This document shows, piece by piece, positions 1-11,719 of a stretch of DNA of 64,000 nt. The stretch's first letter is position 1. Each line of letters begins with the position of its first letter. The notes below the pieces were generated by a model. The model was not told the DNA's origin. It ran no database searches and was given only the letters and a program-made list of their open reading frames with translations. This DNA is from Ranitomeya imitator (Eukaryota), in assembly GCF_032444005.1 (NCBI RefSeq), contig NC_091287.1, forward strand, positions 381,238,001 to 381,302,000, in the 5' to 3' direction. The translations under genes were made by a program, and so were the position numbers.

Positions 1-120
1 ACATGATAATATTATCTTAAACAATACTAAATACCACCACCTCTAAAGAGTGATCTTTAAGGCACACCTTCCAACAGAGTGCAGGAATAAGTAACTAAAT
101 ACAGGGGGGGGGGAATGTAT

Positions 121-205
121 GGGTGCTGTCGTGGACTCTATAAAATCCTATTACCGGTACGTAAAAACCGGTTTTCCTATCGCCACGACAGCACCCACAA
201 CGAGA
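121..205 (-). other. DIRS internal complementary region (ICR) with 14-bp hairpin stem
   Basis: 172-205 is complementary to the element 5' end; 121-134 gggtgctgtcgtgg pairs with 183-196 ccacgacagcaccc. Confidence 0.8.
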
Positions 206-221
206 GACTTTCAAAGACTAT

Positions 222-1002
222 TTAACTGGGAGGGACCACAGCACTAAGTACTGAACGGCCAAATTGTAAGCTGGAATTAGCTGATAGATCAAGGCGATAG
301 TGCTTATAAAAGGTGGAAGGTGATGACCAAGTTGCCGCCTTACATATCATTTCAATGGGGACATCTGCCTTCTCCGCCCAGGATGATGCCATAGCCCGAG
401 TGGAGTGCGCCCTGATGCCTTCTGGTGGTGTTACTCCCCTGGCAGAGTAGGCAAGACATATCGCTTCTCTAATCCATCTAGCGATAGAGTTCTTCGTGAC
501 CCCAGAACCTTTTTTCTGATTCTGGAAAGAAACAAACAGAGCCCTACTCTGTCTCCAGCTTTGTGTCCTGTCCAGGTATTCTAATATCGCCCTCTTTACA
601 TCTAGAGTATGATATTTTTTCTCCTCTTCTGAACCTGGATTTTCATAGAAAGATGGTAAATAAATCTCCTGACTTCTATGAAATTTAGTTGCTACTTTTG
701 GCAAATATGCAGAATCGGGTTTTAGGACAATCTTATCCTGGAGAATTATTAGATAGGGAGGATCTACTGATAACGCATGTATATCACTGACCCTCCTGGC
801 AGATGTTAAGGCTAAGAGTAGAGCTGTTTTTAAGGTTAAATTTTTTATAGAAATAGAGTCTAATGGCTCGAACGGAGGTTCAGTCAATGCCTCAAGTACC
901 AAATTTAAATCCCAAGGGGGTATTCTTACAATATGGATTGGGTTCGAACGCTGACATGCCTTAATAAACCTAGCAACCCATCTATTACCAGCTTTATCAC
1001 TG
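222..1002 (-). pseudogene. DIRS tyrosine recombinase, C-terminal catalytic part
   Basis: ORF 222..902 has LTSARRVSDIHAL (catalytic R), RAHSTRAMASSWA (HxxR) and TWSSPSTFYKHY (W/Y). The frame stays open upstream to ~1002 (SDKAGNRWVARFIKACQRSNP...PPWDLNLVL). Confidence 0.92.
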
Positions 1003-1005
1003 TAA

Positions 1006-1784
1006 GGCTATATTCACACTTAGCGGTTTTTACCGCGGAACCGCCGCGATTTTGATGCTGTGGGTCCGCAGCAGTTTCCATAGCGTTTACAGTAACATGT
1101 AAACCCTATGGAAACCGCAAACCGCTGTGCACATGCTGCGGGAAAAACCGCGCGGGAACGCAGCGGTTTACAACCCGCAGCATGTCACTTCTTTGTGCAG
1201 AATCGCTGCGATTCTGCACCCGTAGGAATACATTGAACCGCTTACTTCCCGCATGGGGCTGTGCCCACGTTGCGGGAAGTAAGCGGATAATGTGCGGGTG
1301 GTACCCGGGGTGGAGGAGAGGAAACTCTCCTCCAGGCCCTGGGAACCATATTTGGGGTTAAAAAATAAAAAATCTGGTTATACTCACCCTCTGATGTCCG
1401 GAGCTCCTGGGCGCTGCACGCGGCCGTCCGGTCAGAGTTGCTGTGCGACCAGGACCTGCGGTGACGTCGCGGTCACATGACCGTGACGTCACGAAGGGTC
1501 CTTCTCCCACAGCATCTTAGGAACCGGACCGCCGGGTGCAGCGCCCAGGAGATCCGGACATCAGAGGGTGAGTATAACCAATTTTTATTATTTTTAACAT
1601 TACTATTGATGCTGCATATTGCTGCATATGCAGCATCAATAGTATAGGCGGAAACCCGCAGCGGAAAACGCGGAACAAACCGCGATAAATCTGCAGGGAG
1701 AACCGCAGTTGTTTTGCCCTGCAGATTTATCAAATCCGCTGCGGGAGAACCCGCAGGGACCCGACGCAAGGTGTGAACATAGCC
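1006..1784. mobile_element. Palindromic non-autonomous DNA transposon (PIF/Harbinger-like MITE) inserted in the YR gene
   Basis: TIR ggctatattcacac / gtgtgaacatagcc, internal inverted arms, flanks TAA (1003-1005) and TTA (1785-1787). Confidence 0.75.
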
Positions 1785-1789
1785 TTATA

Positions 1790-3355
1790 CAGGTCCTTCT
1801 CAAAAAATTAGCATATAGTGTTAAATTTCATTATTTACCATAATGTAATGATTACAATTAAACTTTCATATATTATAGATTCATTATCCACCAACTGAAA
1901 TTTGTCACGTCTTTTATTGTTTTAATACTGATGATTTTGGCATACAACTCCTGATAACCCAAAAAACCTGTCTCAATAAATTAGCATATTTCACCCATCC
2001 AATCAAATAAAAGTGTTTTTTAATAACAAACAAAAAAACCATCAAATAATAATGTTCAGTTATGCACTCAATACTTGGTCGGGAATCCTTTGGCAGAAAT
2101 GACTGCTTCAATTCGGCGTGGCATGGAGGCAATCAGCCTGTGACACTGCTGAGATGTTATGGAGGCCCAGGATGCTTCAATAGCGGCCTTAAGCTCATCC
2201 AGAGTGTTGGGTCTTGCGTCTCTCAACTTTCTCTTCACAATATCCCACAGATTCTCTATGGGGTTCAGGTCAGGAGAGTTGGCAGGCCAATTGAGCACAG
2301 TAATACCATGGTCAGTAAACCATTTACCAGTGGTTTTGGCACTGTGAGCAGGTGCCAGGTCGTGCTGAAAAATGAAATCTTCATCTCCATAAAGCATTTC
2401 AGCCGATGGAAGCATGAAGTGCTCCAAAATCTCCTGATAGCTAGCTGCATTGACCCTGCCCTTGATGAAACACAGTGGACCAACACCAGCAGCTGACATG
2501 GCACCCCACACCATCACTGACTGTGGGTACTTGACATTGGACTTCAGGCATTTTGGCATTTCCTTCTCCCCAGTCTTCCTCCAGACTCTGGCACCTTGAT
2601 TTCCGAATGACATGCAAAATTTGCTTTCATCAGAAAAAAGTACTTGGGACCACCTAGCAACAGTCCAGTGCTGCTTCTCTGTAGCCCATTTCGGCACCTG
2701 TAGCCCATTTCCTGCACACGCCTGTGCACGGTGGCTCTGGATGTTTCCACACCAGACTCAGTCCACTGCTTCCTCAGGTTCCCCAAGGTCTGGAATCGGT
2801 CCTTCTCCACAATCTTCCTCAGGGTCCGGTCTCCTCTTCTCGTTGTACAGCGTTTTCTGCCACATTGTTTCCTTCCAACAGACTTACCATTGAGGTGCCT
2901 TGATACAGCACTCTGGGAACAGCCTATTTGTTGAGAAATTTCTTTCTGGGTCTTACCCTCTTGCTTGAGGGTGTCAATGATGGCCTTCTTGACATCTGTC
3001 AGGTCGCTAGTCTTACCCATGATGGGGGTTTTGAGTAATGAACCAGGCAGGGAGTTTATAAAAGCCTCAGGTATCTTTTGCATGTGTTTAGAGTTAATTA
3101 GTTGATTCAGAAGATTAGGGTAATAGGTCGTTAAACTTTAGAGAACCTTTTCTTGATATGCTAATTTATTGAGACAGGTTTTTTGGGTTATCAGGAGTTG
3201 TATGCCAAAATCATCAGTATTAAAACAATAAAAGACGTGACAAATTTCAGTTGGTGGATAATGAATCTATAATATATGAAAGTTTAATTGTAATCATTAC
3301 ATTATGGTAAATAATGAAATTTAACACTATATGCTAATTTTTTGAGAAGGACCTG
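1790..3355 (-). mobile_element. Tc1-family DNA transposon inserted in the YR gene
   Basis: ~200-bp ITRs starting caggtccttctcaaaaaattagcatatagtg; TA TSD at 1788-1789 and 3356-3357. Confidence 0.95.
2068..3020 (-). pseudogene. Tc1 DD34E transposase with an internal deletion/frameshift near 2690
   Basis: MGKTSDL HTH N-terminus (ATG 3020) is in one frame; FSDESKF, FQHDLAPAH and SPDLNPIENLW (34 residues between D and E) are in ORF 2068..2697. Confidence 0.93.
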
Positions 3356-3357
3356 TA

Positions 3358-3600
3358 CAGAGCCCCCAAGGCTGAAACGTGAACTCTCAGTGTTGACTGC
3401 TAAACCCAATTCCCAGCCTTTCTGAAGGAATTCTAGAATAGCTGAAATCGGAGCCTTATCTCCTAATGGTTGCTGATGAAACATAAGGAATTTTTTCCAA
3501 ATTTTTGTATAGATCTTTGTAGTAATCTCCTTTCTGCTTTTCAATAAGGTAGTAATTAAAGCATTGGAGAACCCCCTCTCCTTCAGAAGCTCCCTCTCAA
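3358..3600 (-). pseudogene. DIRS tyrosine recombinase N-terminal part (1-bp frameshift near 3395)
   Basis: ORF 3302..3961 contains LLKERGFSNALITTLLKSRKEITTKIYTKIWKKF...AILEFLQKGWELGLAVNT; a shifted frame gives (L)RVHVSALGALY up to the Tc1 TA. Confidence 0.8.
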
Positions 3601-4594
3601 GTTCCAAGCCGTTAAGTGAAGAGTCTCCAAATTTGGATGACGAAACGGACCTTGAGAAAGGAGCTCCGGAACCACTGGCAACACCCAGGGATCCGTCACT
3701 GACATCGTTCTGAGGAGAGAGAACCAAGGCCTCCTGGGCCAGAAGGGGGCGATTAGGATCACTCTGGCTCCTTCTTCCCGAATCTTCCTGAGAGCTATCG
3801 GAATCAGGCACATAGGAGGAAAGGCATAAGCCAGCTGGAAGTCCCAACGGACACGAAGGGAATCCACTATGAATGGTTGGTCTGCCATGTGTAAGGATGC
3901 GAACCTCCTGACCTTCCTGTTCTTTCTCGTAGCAAATAGGTCTATTATCGGCAAACCCCACAGATCAACTATTTGATCGAATACCTGTTGGTCTAGGGAC
4001 CAGTCTCCCTGACGAAGGGAATGGCGACTGAGATAGTCCGCCTCTATATTGAGTTCTCCTTTTATATGAACTGCCGACAGGGATTGTAAGTGATTCTCGG
4101 CCAGAGACAATATCTGTGCTGTAGTGGTCATTAGGGATAGAGATCTTGTCCCCCCCTGATGATTGATATAGGCTACCACAGTCATATTGTCTGTTTGTAT
4201 CTGTACATGTGCATTCCTCAGGGATGGTAGTAAGCAAAGAAGAGCCTGTTTGACTGCCACAAGCTCTCAGATTTGAGGAATACTGGGATTCTTGAATCGA
4301 CCATTTCCCTTGGGTCAGAATGTCCTCCATATGGGCTCCCCAACCAAACGGACTGGCATCTGTTGTAATTACATTGTTCGGAGTGATGGTCCAGAGAACC
4401 CCTTTTGACAGATGTGCCAGATCGAGCCACCATCTTAGATCGTGAAGAGTGGCGGGTGATAGATCGAATTTTCTGCTCAGAGCACCATGAAGATCTTTCT
4501 CCGCTTGAAGAACCTCGTATTGAAGCATTCGAGTGTGAACCTGAGCCCATCTCACTGCCGATATACACGCAGTTAAAGATCCTAGTAGAGACAT
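3583..4594 (-). pseudogene. DIRS RNase H plus N6-adenine-methyltransferase-like domain (frameshifted ~4260)
   Basis: VITTDASPFGWGAH (ORF 3965..4594); QIQTDNMTVVAYINHQGGTRS, NIEADYLSR, IDLFAT, AYAFPP and VILIAPFWPRRPWF (ORF 3583..4260). Confidence 0.9.
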
Positions 4595-5620
4595 TGCGTC
4601 TCAAACTTAAGTTTGGAATTTTCCTTACAGCCCTGATTCTTTGGATAATCTTCTGCTTCTTCTCTTCTGGTAGGAAGGATGACTGGTCTTCTGAGTCTAG
4701 CAGAACTCCTAGAAAGATCTGACGTCTTGTGGGTTCTAGTTTTGATTTTTCCCAGTTGACTATCCACCCGAGTTCCTGTAGGGATGATATTATGGCATTT
4801 ACCCTACATGTACACTGAGCAATTGAATTTCCGATTATCAAAAAATCATCTAGATAGGGCACTACAAGGGTTTCCTTTTCCCTAATATGGGCCATTACTT
4901 CCGAGATAACTTTAGTAAAAATTCTAGGTGCCATGGATAGGCCAAAGGGCATTGCCAAATATTGGAAATGTTTAATCTGATGGTTTACCCATACTGCCAT
5001 CCTGAGGAATTGCTGGTGATTTCTGTGAACTGGAAGATGGTAGTACGCATCTTTTAGATCCAAGACCGACATGTAGCACCTAGGAAACAAAAGCTTAGTT
5101 GTTGACTTAATGGATTCCATCTTAAAAGCGTGGTACTGAAGATATCTATTCAATTTACGTAAATTTATGATAGTCCTAAAGGACCCATCAGGTTTAGAGA
5201 TTAAGAATAGCGGAGAATAAAAGCCCGTCTTCTCCTGATGTTTTGGTACTTCTTCAATAACCCGCTTTGTAAGCAATTGTTGGATCTCTAATTCTAAGGC
5301 CTGTTGTTGGGCCGGCGTGTCCAGTGATGTTATCACAAAATGATTTGGTGGAGTTCTCAAAAATTCTAATTTTAATCCTGACTCAACCACCCCCATTATC
5401 CAGGCACTAGAAGTAATCTTTTCCCATTTTTCTGAGAAGAACTTTAGTCTTCCCCCTACTGGTAGATCAGTATTATCTGTAATTACGTCTACGTCTTGAG
5501 AAAGATGGAGGGTTCTTATAGTATCCACCTTTCTTCTTTTGATCCGATGTTTCCCAGTCGCGATTATTTCCCTGCTGGTCTGACTGGAATCTTCTGAAGG
5601 GAATGCGTCTCCGGAAGGCA
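4595..5620 (-). pseudogene. DIRS reverse transcriptase (frameshift ~4595 into RNase H frame)
   Basis: ORF 4218..5759: PVGGRLKFF, FYSPLFLISKPDGSFRTIINL, LDLKDAYYH, MPFGLSMAPRIFTK, VPYLDDFLI. Confidence 0.93.
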
Positions 5621-6699
5621 TTCCTAAAAGTGGGATTAAATGTTTTAGGGAATCCCTTCTTTCTGTCTTCTGCCTTTGCCAGGATGTCATCCAGCACCGG
5701 GCCGAATAGGTACTCACCCCTACATGGAATGGAGCACAATTTAGCTTTTGCCTGAGCATCCCCCTTCCAGGTCTTCAGCCAAAGTGCCCGTCGGGCTGCG
5801 TTTGAGAGACCCGCAGATCTTGCAGCCAATTTCAGGGAATCAATCGATGCATCCGCTAGATAAGCCGCTCCTTCCCTGATCTGAGACAGGGAGTTTAACA
5901 ATTTATCCCTGGGTACTTTTGCTTTAAGCTGCTCCTCCAGCTGAGTTACCCAGACCATAACTGATCTTGCCGTACAGGTGCCTGCGATTGCGGGCTTAAA
6001 GGCTCCAGATGATGCTTCCCACACCTTCTTAAGGAGCATGTCAGCCTTCCTGTCTGAAGGATCTTTAAGGAGTCCTACATCCTCCAATGGTAGCGAGCCT
6101 GTTTTCGAGGTAGAGGCTACTGCCGCATCTATTTTTGGGATCTTCATCCACTGGGATAAGGTGTCATCTTCAAAGGGGTACCTTCTTTTTGCGGCCGAAG
6201 GTAAGAACCCTTTATCCAGTTTGTCCCACTCCCGTTTGACCAGATCTTTAATGGTCTCTACTACCGGGAAAGCTTTGCGACTTCTCTGGCTCAGCCCTGC
6301 GAACATGATTTCCTGGGTTGTCTTAGGCTCTTTACTCTCAGCTACATCCATCGTCGCACGGACTGCCTTAATTAAAGCCTCCATATTATCTGTGGCAAAG
6401 CAAGGCCTTCCTTCCTCATCTGAGGAGGATGGTGATGAACTCTCCGAGCACTCGCCCTCTTGCAATGAAGGGCTGGAATCGGATACCATATCCATACTAA
6501 TTTTCTCATGCCGTTTAGATTTAAGAGAAGATTTTATCTCTTCCCTGATTACTTCCCTCAAATCCGATACACGAAGGGGGGCCTCTTCCTCTAACGTGCG
6601 GCATATACACGTCTGACATAATCTCTTTACATAGGTGTCAGGTAGTGGTTCCATGCATAATGCACACTGCTTATGTTTGGATTTTGAGACCTTCTTCCC
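5473..6699 (-). CDS. DIRS gag-like ORF1, main exon (probably spliced to an upstream exon 6785-6919)
   Basis: 393-aa ORF 5473..6654 with ARSAGLSNAARRALWLKTW and YLFGPVLDDIL; the frame extends to an AG acceptor at 6700-6701 and includes CALC...CQTC. Confidence 0.85.
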   Translation of the reverse strand, partial: GKKVSKSKHKQCALCMEPLPDTYVKRLCQTCICRTLEEEAPLRVSDLREVIREEIKSSLKSKRHEKISMDMVSDSSPSLQEGECSESSSPSSSDEEGRPCFATDNMEALIKAVRATMDVAESKEPKTTQEIMFAGLSQRSRKAFPVVETIKDLVKREWDKLDKGFLPSAAKRRYPFEDDTLSQWMKIPKIDAAVASTSKTGSLPLEDVGLLKDPSDRKADMLLKKVWEASSGAFKPAIAGTCTARSVMVWVTQLEEQLKAKVPRDKLLNSLSQIREGAAYLADASIDSLKLAARSAGLSNAARRALWLKTWKGDAQAKAKLCSIPCRGEYLFGPVLDDILAKAEDRKKGFPKTFNPTFRNAFRRRIPFRRFQSDQQGNNRDWETSDQKKKGGYYKNPPSFSRRRRNYR

Positions 6700-9601
6700 C
6701 TACAATAAAACATAGTATAGAAGACAATTGTATCAGCCAGTGGCTCAGATATAACACTCACCACTGCTGATGAAATTAGAGTACCGGTTTCTGAGGGGGT
6801 GAGGTGCGATGTGGCGTGCCAGGATCCTGCTGCCCGCGTGCCACATCTCCACTCTGAGATCTGCTGCTGCTCCTTTGCTGCTCTCCTTTTTGGTGTTCGG
6901 CGTCTCCTGTGGAAGACATATCGCCGCACACCACTCACCAAGCGCTGCCTTCTTTTCAAGGGTCCCGCGCTCCTCCTCCCGGCCTCCTCCGGAAGTCGTT
7001 AGCTCACTTCCGGGTCATAAGCGCCGACCTGCTCCCGCAGTGTCGCGCGCGTGTGGACGACCCAGGGCGGCGTGCCTTCCCCTGGGAACGCCACCTCAGC
7101 GTTCAGCCGCTCCTTGCCAGACGAGGGGGGAAGCTGGACACAGAACTTCCCCCGACGCTGCTTCCGGGCCCCCGACTCTGCCGTTCTCACCTGGACACCG
7201 CACAGAGGCTTGGCGGACCCAGGTAGGTGAAACGACCTGTAGGCTCCCGCCGTCCGGACAGGAACCCAAAACTGGAGGGCGACCGCCCCTTTTTAACCTG
7301 TAGGTTCCTGTCCGGAAGGTGGGCGGATCCCCTCTCTCGTTGTGGGTGCTGTCGTGGCGATAGGAAAAACTCAGTTTTTAGCTGAAAGTACGGTATATAC
7401 AAATTATAAAAACCGATCCATGTGTGTTGTACAGTATTACACACAGGACTTTCACACACCATTTGTCCTCAGTTTTGCTATACTGGACCCTCCACTATGT
7501 CAAACATAAGGTAGACCAAAAGGCACAGAATGTTCAAATAAAATACCCTTTATTTATACATCCCAAAAAGGCAACAATTCTACCCTTTCAAGCTAAAACG
7601 GACACGCTGTGTGTTGGCTTCACAAATGTGTCAGAAAACTTAACACTTACCCCGCGCAAGACACATATGCTGAAAAGATCCAAGGCGCCATACATCTTAA
7701 ATAGAAACCTCACTTTCCACACTTTATAAACAAGCAAAAATATGAAGCTCTAAATTTCCTTTGAGAGGTATTCCCCACTTATCAGTCACTTCTCTAATGC
7801 ACTGTGGAATATGTTAGCGCTATATAAAAATAAAGATTATTACCGTATAATAATGATAATGAATAATAACAATAACCGATAATTCACTTAAAAACTGCTC
7901 AAATCTGCCTACAGATCCGTCTACAGTAAATGGTCAGATTACATATGCTGCCTATAGAAATCTTCGAGTGAGGGAGGAAGGAGAAAGCTAAATTGAGAAC
8001 ACTGAGTGAAAAAAAAAAATAAGCTCCAAATTAAAACAAATCATAGGGGCTATTAAAAAATAAAACTGATGCAAGTTATATAAATAACAGAAATAGCATT
8101 ATTCCTCATGGACACAGACATTATAGGTAATAAAGTCACCTGAAAGTGAAGGTGAATTTACACTGGTCAATAATCTGTCAGATTCCAAGGGCAACAACCT
8201 ATTGCTCACAATAATTGCGTAATGTGTATAGCTTAAGTGAAAACGTGTATAAAAAAAATAAAAAGTTCATTGTGCATGAAATAGTTTAAGTGAGCGAAAA
8301 CAAAATTCCCGTTCATATTTAAGAATTAAACTATTAGGCAGCAGGAGGAGTGGAAAGATCATGATGCAACCATTTAATTTGCCATTCTTGAACAACATCG
8401 CTTGGTAGTCGCGAGTTACGATTATCTGATCATGAAAACAGACCAAAGTCAAGACCATTAAGTCCACAACACGCACAGGCCTCTTGACCTGAGTTCAACC
8501 ACCTTCCGATCATATACGAGATTGGTGAATTTGGATTGGAAGACCTCTCCTGGTTCTGATATTGCGATCCGTGAAAGTTGGATGTGTGAAACAGTTCTTA
8601 CTCTTGAAGTGGTCCCCTTATGCCAATTGGGAATTTTTATGAAAGGCACACTGCATACTGAAGAATTCCATAAAATTTACACAGACACTTTAAGAGGTGG
8701 CCCACTACGACAGGCACCCATTTAAACAAAGTAGTCCCCTTTATAAAAATAAAACACAAATGCATTATGTCACATGAGCCCTGCAACCAGGGGCGGATTA
8801 TAATAGGGTCAATGTGGGCGGTAGCCCAGGGCCCAGTGGTGTGGGCGAGTCCTGGGCTACCGCTCAGATTGCCTGCCGCCATCAGGGAATTACTGCCCTG
8901 ACTGACGTATGGGCCCGGTGGGCAGAGGGGGCACGCATCAGGCCCCGTCTCGTCTGCTCACTGGGCCCCTACCGGCCTGACGTCATTGTCAGTCGCTGGC
9001 GAGTGCGCGCTGCTGGAGGGAGCTCGCCGCTGGAGAGCACAGGTCAGGTGAGGAGAACTCGTTTTTTTTTTTTTGCTAACCGCAATCCGGGGGCCCGGGC
9101 GGGGCAGATTGCTGGAGGACACTGGGGGCAATGCTGGAGACACTGGGGAAGATTGCTGGACACACTGTCTGGGGGCAATGCTGGACATACTGAGGCAGAT
9201 TGCTGGACAAACTGGGGGTAATATGCTGGACACACTGTCTGGGGGCAATGCTGGACACCGGGGCAGATTGCTGGACACACTGGGGCAGATTGCTGGACAC
9301 ACTGGGGGCAGGACTGGAGGCATGGGCAGAATGTAGATACGGGGCATGATTGGAGACACGGGGCAGAATGAAAGACATGGTGCAGGATTGGATCATGGGG
9401 CAGGATGGATACGATTGAGACAGATGGGGCAGGAAGGGGAGATCACATGGGGTAGAATGGATAATCATGAGGGCAGGATGCGAGAACATATGGCTGGAGC
9501 CAGGAATGAGAAACGGGGCCAGGATGGGGAATATTATTACCATAGGGGCTAATTAAGGGATATTATTACTGCAGTGATGTATTTATTTTATTTTTTGAGT
9601 A

Positions 9602-10710
9602 CCGTATATACTCGAGTATAAGCCGACCCGAGTATAAGCCGACCCCCCTAATGTTGCCACAAAAAACTGGGAAAACTTATTGACTCGAGTATAAGCCTAG
9701 GGTGGAAAATGCAGCAGCTACCGGTGAATTTCAAAAATAAAAATAGATGCTCCATAGTGTTCATTATTGCCCCATAGCTGTGCCATATAGTGCTCTGCGC
9801 CGTTCATTATTGCCCCATAGCTGTGCCATATAGTGCTCTGCACTGTTCATTGTTGCCCCAAAGCTGTGCCATAGTGCTGTGCGCCGTTCATTATTGCCCC
9901 AAAGCTGTGCCATATAGTGCTCTGCGCCGTTCATTATTGCTCCATAGATGTGCCATATAGTGCTCTGCGCCGTTCATTGTTGCCCCATAGCTGTGCCATA
10001 TAGTGCTCTGCGCCGTTCATTATTGCCCCATAGCTGTGCCATATAGTGCTCTGCGCCGTTCATTATTGCCCCATAGCTGTGCCATATAAAGCTGTGCCAT
10101 TGCTGCCGCAATAAAAAAATAAAAAAATACATGCCATACTCCCCTCTCTTGCTTGCAGCTCCCCAGCGTCTCGTCCCAGCGTCTCTCTGCACTGACTGAT
10201 CAGGCAGAGGGCGCCGCACACACTATATGCGTCATTGCGCCCTCTGACCTTAACAGTCAGAGAAAGATGACGCGAAGACAGAGCGGCGCCCGGCGTGTGG
10301 AACGCGGACAGGTGAATAATACATACTTACCTGCTCCCGGTGTCCCGCGCCCTCTGCCTGTCACACGGTCTTCGGTGCCGCAGCCTCTTCCTCTATCAGC
10401 GGTCACCAGCACCGCTGATTAGAAAATTGAATATGCGGCTCCACCCCTATGGGAGGTGGAGCCGCATATTCATTTCTCTAATGAGCGGTCCCACGTGACC
10501 GCTGAACAGGGGAAGAGCTGCAGCACCGAAGACAGTGTGACAGCAGGGGGAGCGCCAGGACCGCCGGGACTAGGGGAGTATGCCTCAGCGCCCTCTCCCC
10601 CTCACCCGCCGACCCTGCCGCCCACCGTGACTCGAGTATAAGCCGAGAGGGGCACTTTCAGCCCAAAAATTTTGGGCTGAAAATCTCGGCTTATACTTGA
10701 GTATATACGT
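9602..10710. mobile_element. Tc1/mariner-superfamily (pogo/Tc2-like) non-autonomous element nested in the hAT element
   Basis: TIR ccgtatatactcgagtataagccga / tcggcttatacttgagtatatacg(t); TA flanks at 9600-9601 and 10711-10712. Confidence 0.8.
9761..10090. repeat. ~42-bp tandem repeat (about 8 copies) inside the Tc2-like element
   Basis: Repeated cattattgccccatagctgtgccatatagtgctctgcgccgtt. Confidence 0.9.
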
Positions 10711-11719
10711 TATACTGTTTTAAATGGGGGGGGGGGGGGGGGAAGGGGCGGGCCTGTTACTGTGCAGAGTTACACTATATTTTTTCTTCATGTGGTGTAC
10801 TGTAGAAGTTGTGAAAAATTAAGAAACGAGTCCTGGCTGGAAGAAATGATGGCGGTCTGTGCTGGATGAAAGATGAAGGACTTCACCTAGAGACGTCACT
10901 GGTGAGTCAGTGTTACCTATACATTGACACTATACACTGTATACTATATACAGAGGTCCTGTGTACAATGTCACCAGTGATCACTGTATTACCTATACAT
11001 TATATACAGAGCTCCTGTGTATAATACCACCAGTTATCTCTGTACTACCTCTACACAGACACTGCATACTAAGTACAGATCTCCTGGGAATACTGGCACT
11101 TATGTTGATAGTATAGTGTTTTGGGTTTTTTTTGTTTGTTTTTTTTATTACTGATCAGTATTGTAGTATTCAGTCACTATGTGGTGGTAATATGTGGTCT
11201 GGAAATGGTGTTGCTGTATTTTTCCCTTGTATGTGCTATTTGGTCACCAAGTGGTGGTAATATGTGGTCTTGACATGGTGCGGTGGCATTTGTTCCTTGT
11301 ATGTGATATTATTCGATCACTGTGGTTGTAATTTGTGGTGTGGTCATCGTGGTGGGGTGGTATTTGTTCCTTGTATGTGATATTGGTCATTTTAAAAATT
11401 GAAAAATAAATCAAAATATACCTAAATTGTATTGCATATTTTAACAAATATTTAATAGGTTACAATAGAGTAGGGCCGGCCATTTTTCTGGAATAATCTG
11501 GTTCAGGTATATCATGACCCCAGTCACATGACCCCAGTCACATGACCCCAGTCACATGACCGGGGGGGCTCACAGTGTCTGAACAGCCCGGGGCCCTGGC
11601 TACCTTTAATCCACCCCTGCCTGCAACCAATCAGTGGCATGGCAGCTATTGGGCTGCTGCGTGATCACTTTGTCTAAATTTCGTACAGAAGAAAGTAATG
11701 AGCACTGTAGCCTACTTAA

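Larger units (their letters stand above)
1..7368 (-). mobile_element. DIRS1-like tyrosine-recombinase retrotransposon; 3' ITR lies outside the window; disrupted by frameshifts and two nested insertions
   Basis: gag, RT, RNase H, MT-like and YR ORFs in DIRS order on the minus strand. The 5' terminus (7335-7368, ...ctctcgttgtgggtgctgtcgtggcgataggaaaa) is the exact reverse complement of 172-205, i.e. the internal complementary region (ICR). Confidence 0.93.
8788..11619. mobile_element. hAT-like non-autonomous DNA transposon
   Basis: TIR caggggcggatta / taatccacccctg; perfect 8-bp TSD cctgcaac at 8780-8787 and 11620-11627; internal degenerate GC-rich repeats ~9100-9310; no transposase. Confidence 0.85.

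Noticed and set aside
5978-6616. 212-aa plus-strand ORF
   Set aside because: Antisense shadow of DIRS gag; no motifs.
8267-8725. Short ORFs on both strands in non-repetitive DNA
   Set aside because: No recognisable motif or consistent exon boundaries. Could be UTR of the minus-strand gene, but this cannot be supported.
8958-9552. Pro/Cys-rich ORFs
   Set aside because: Derived from degenerate internal repeats of the hAT-like element.
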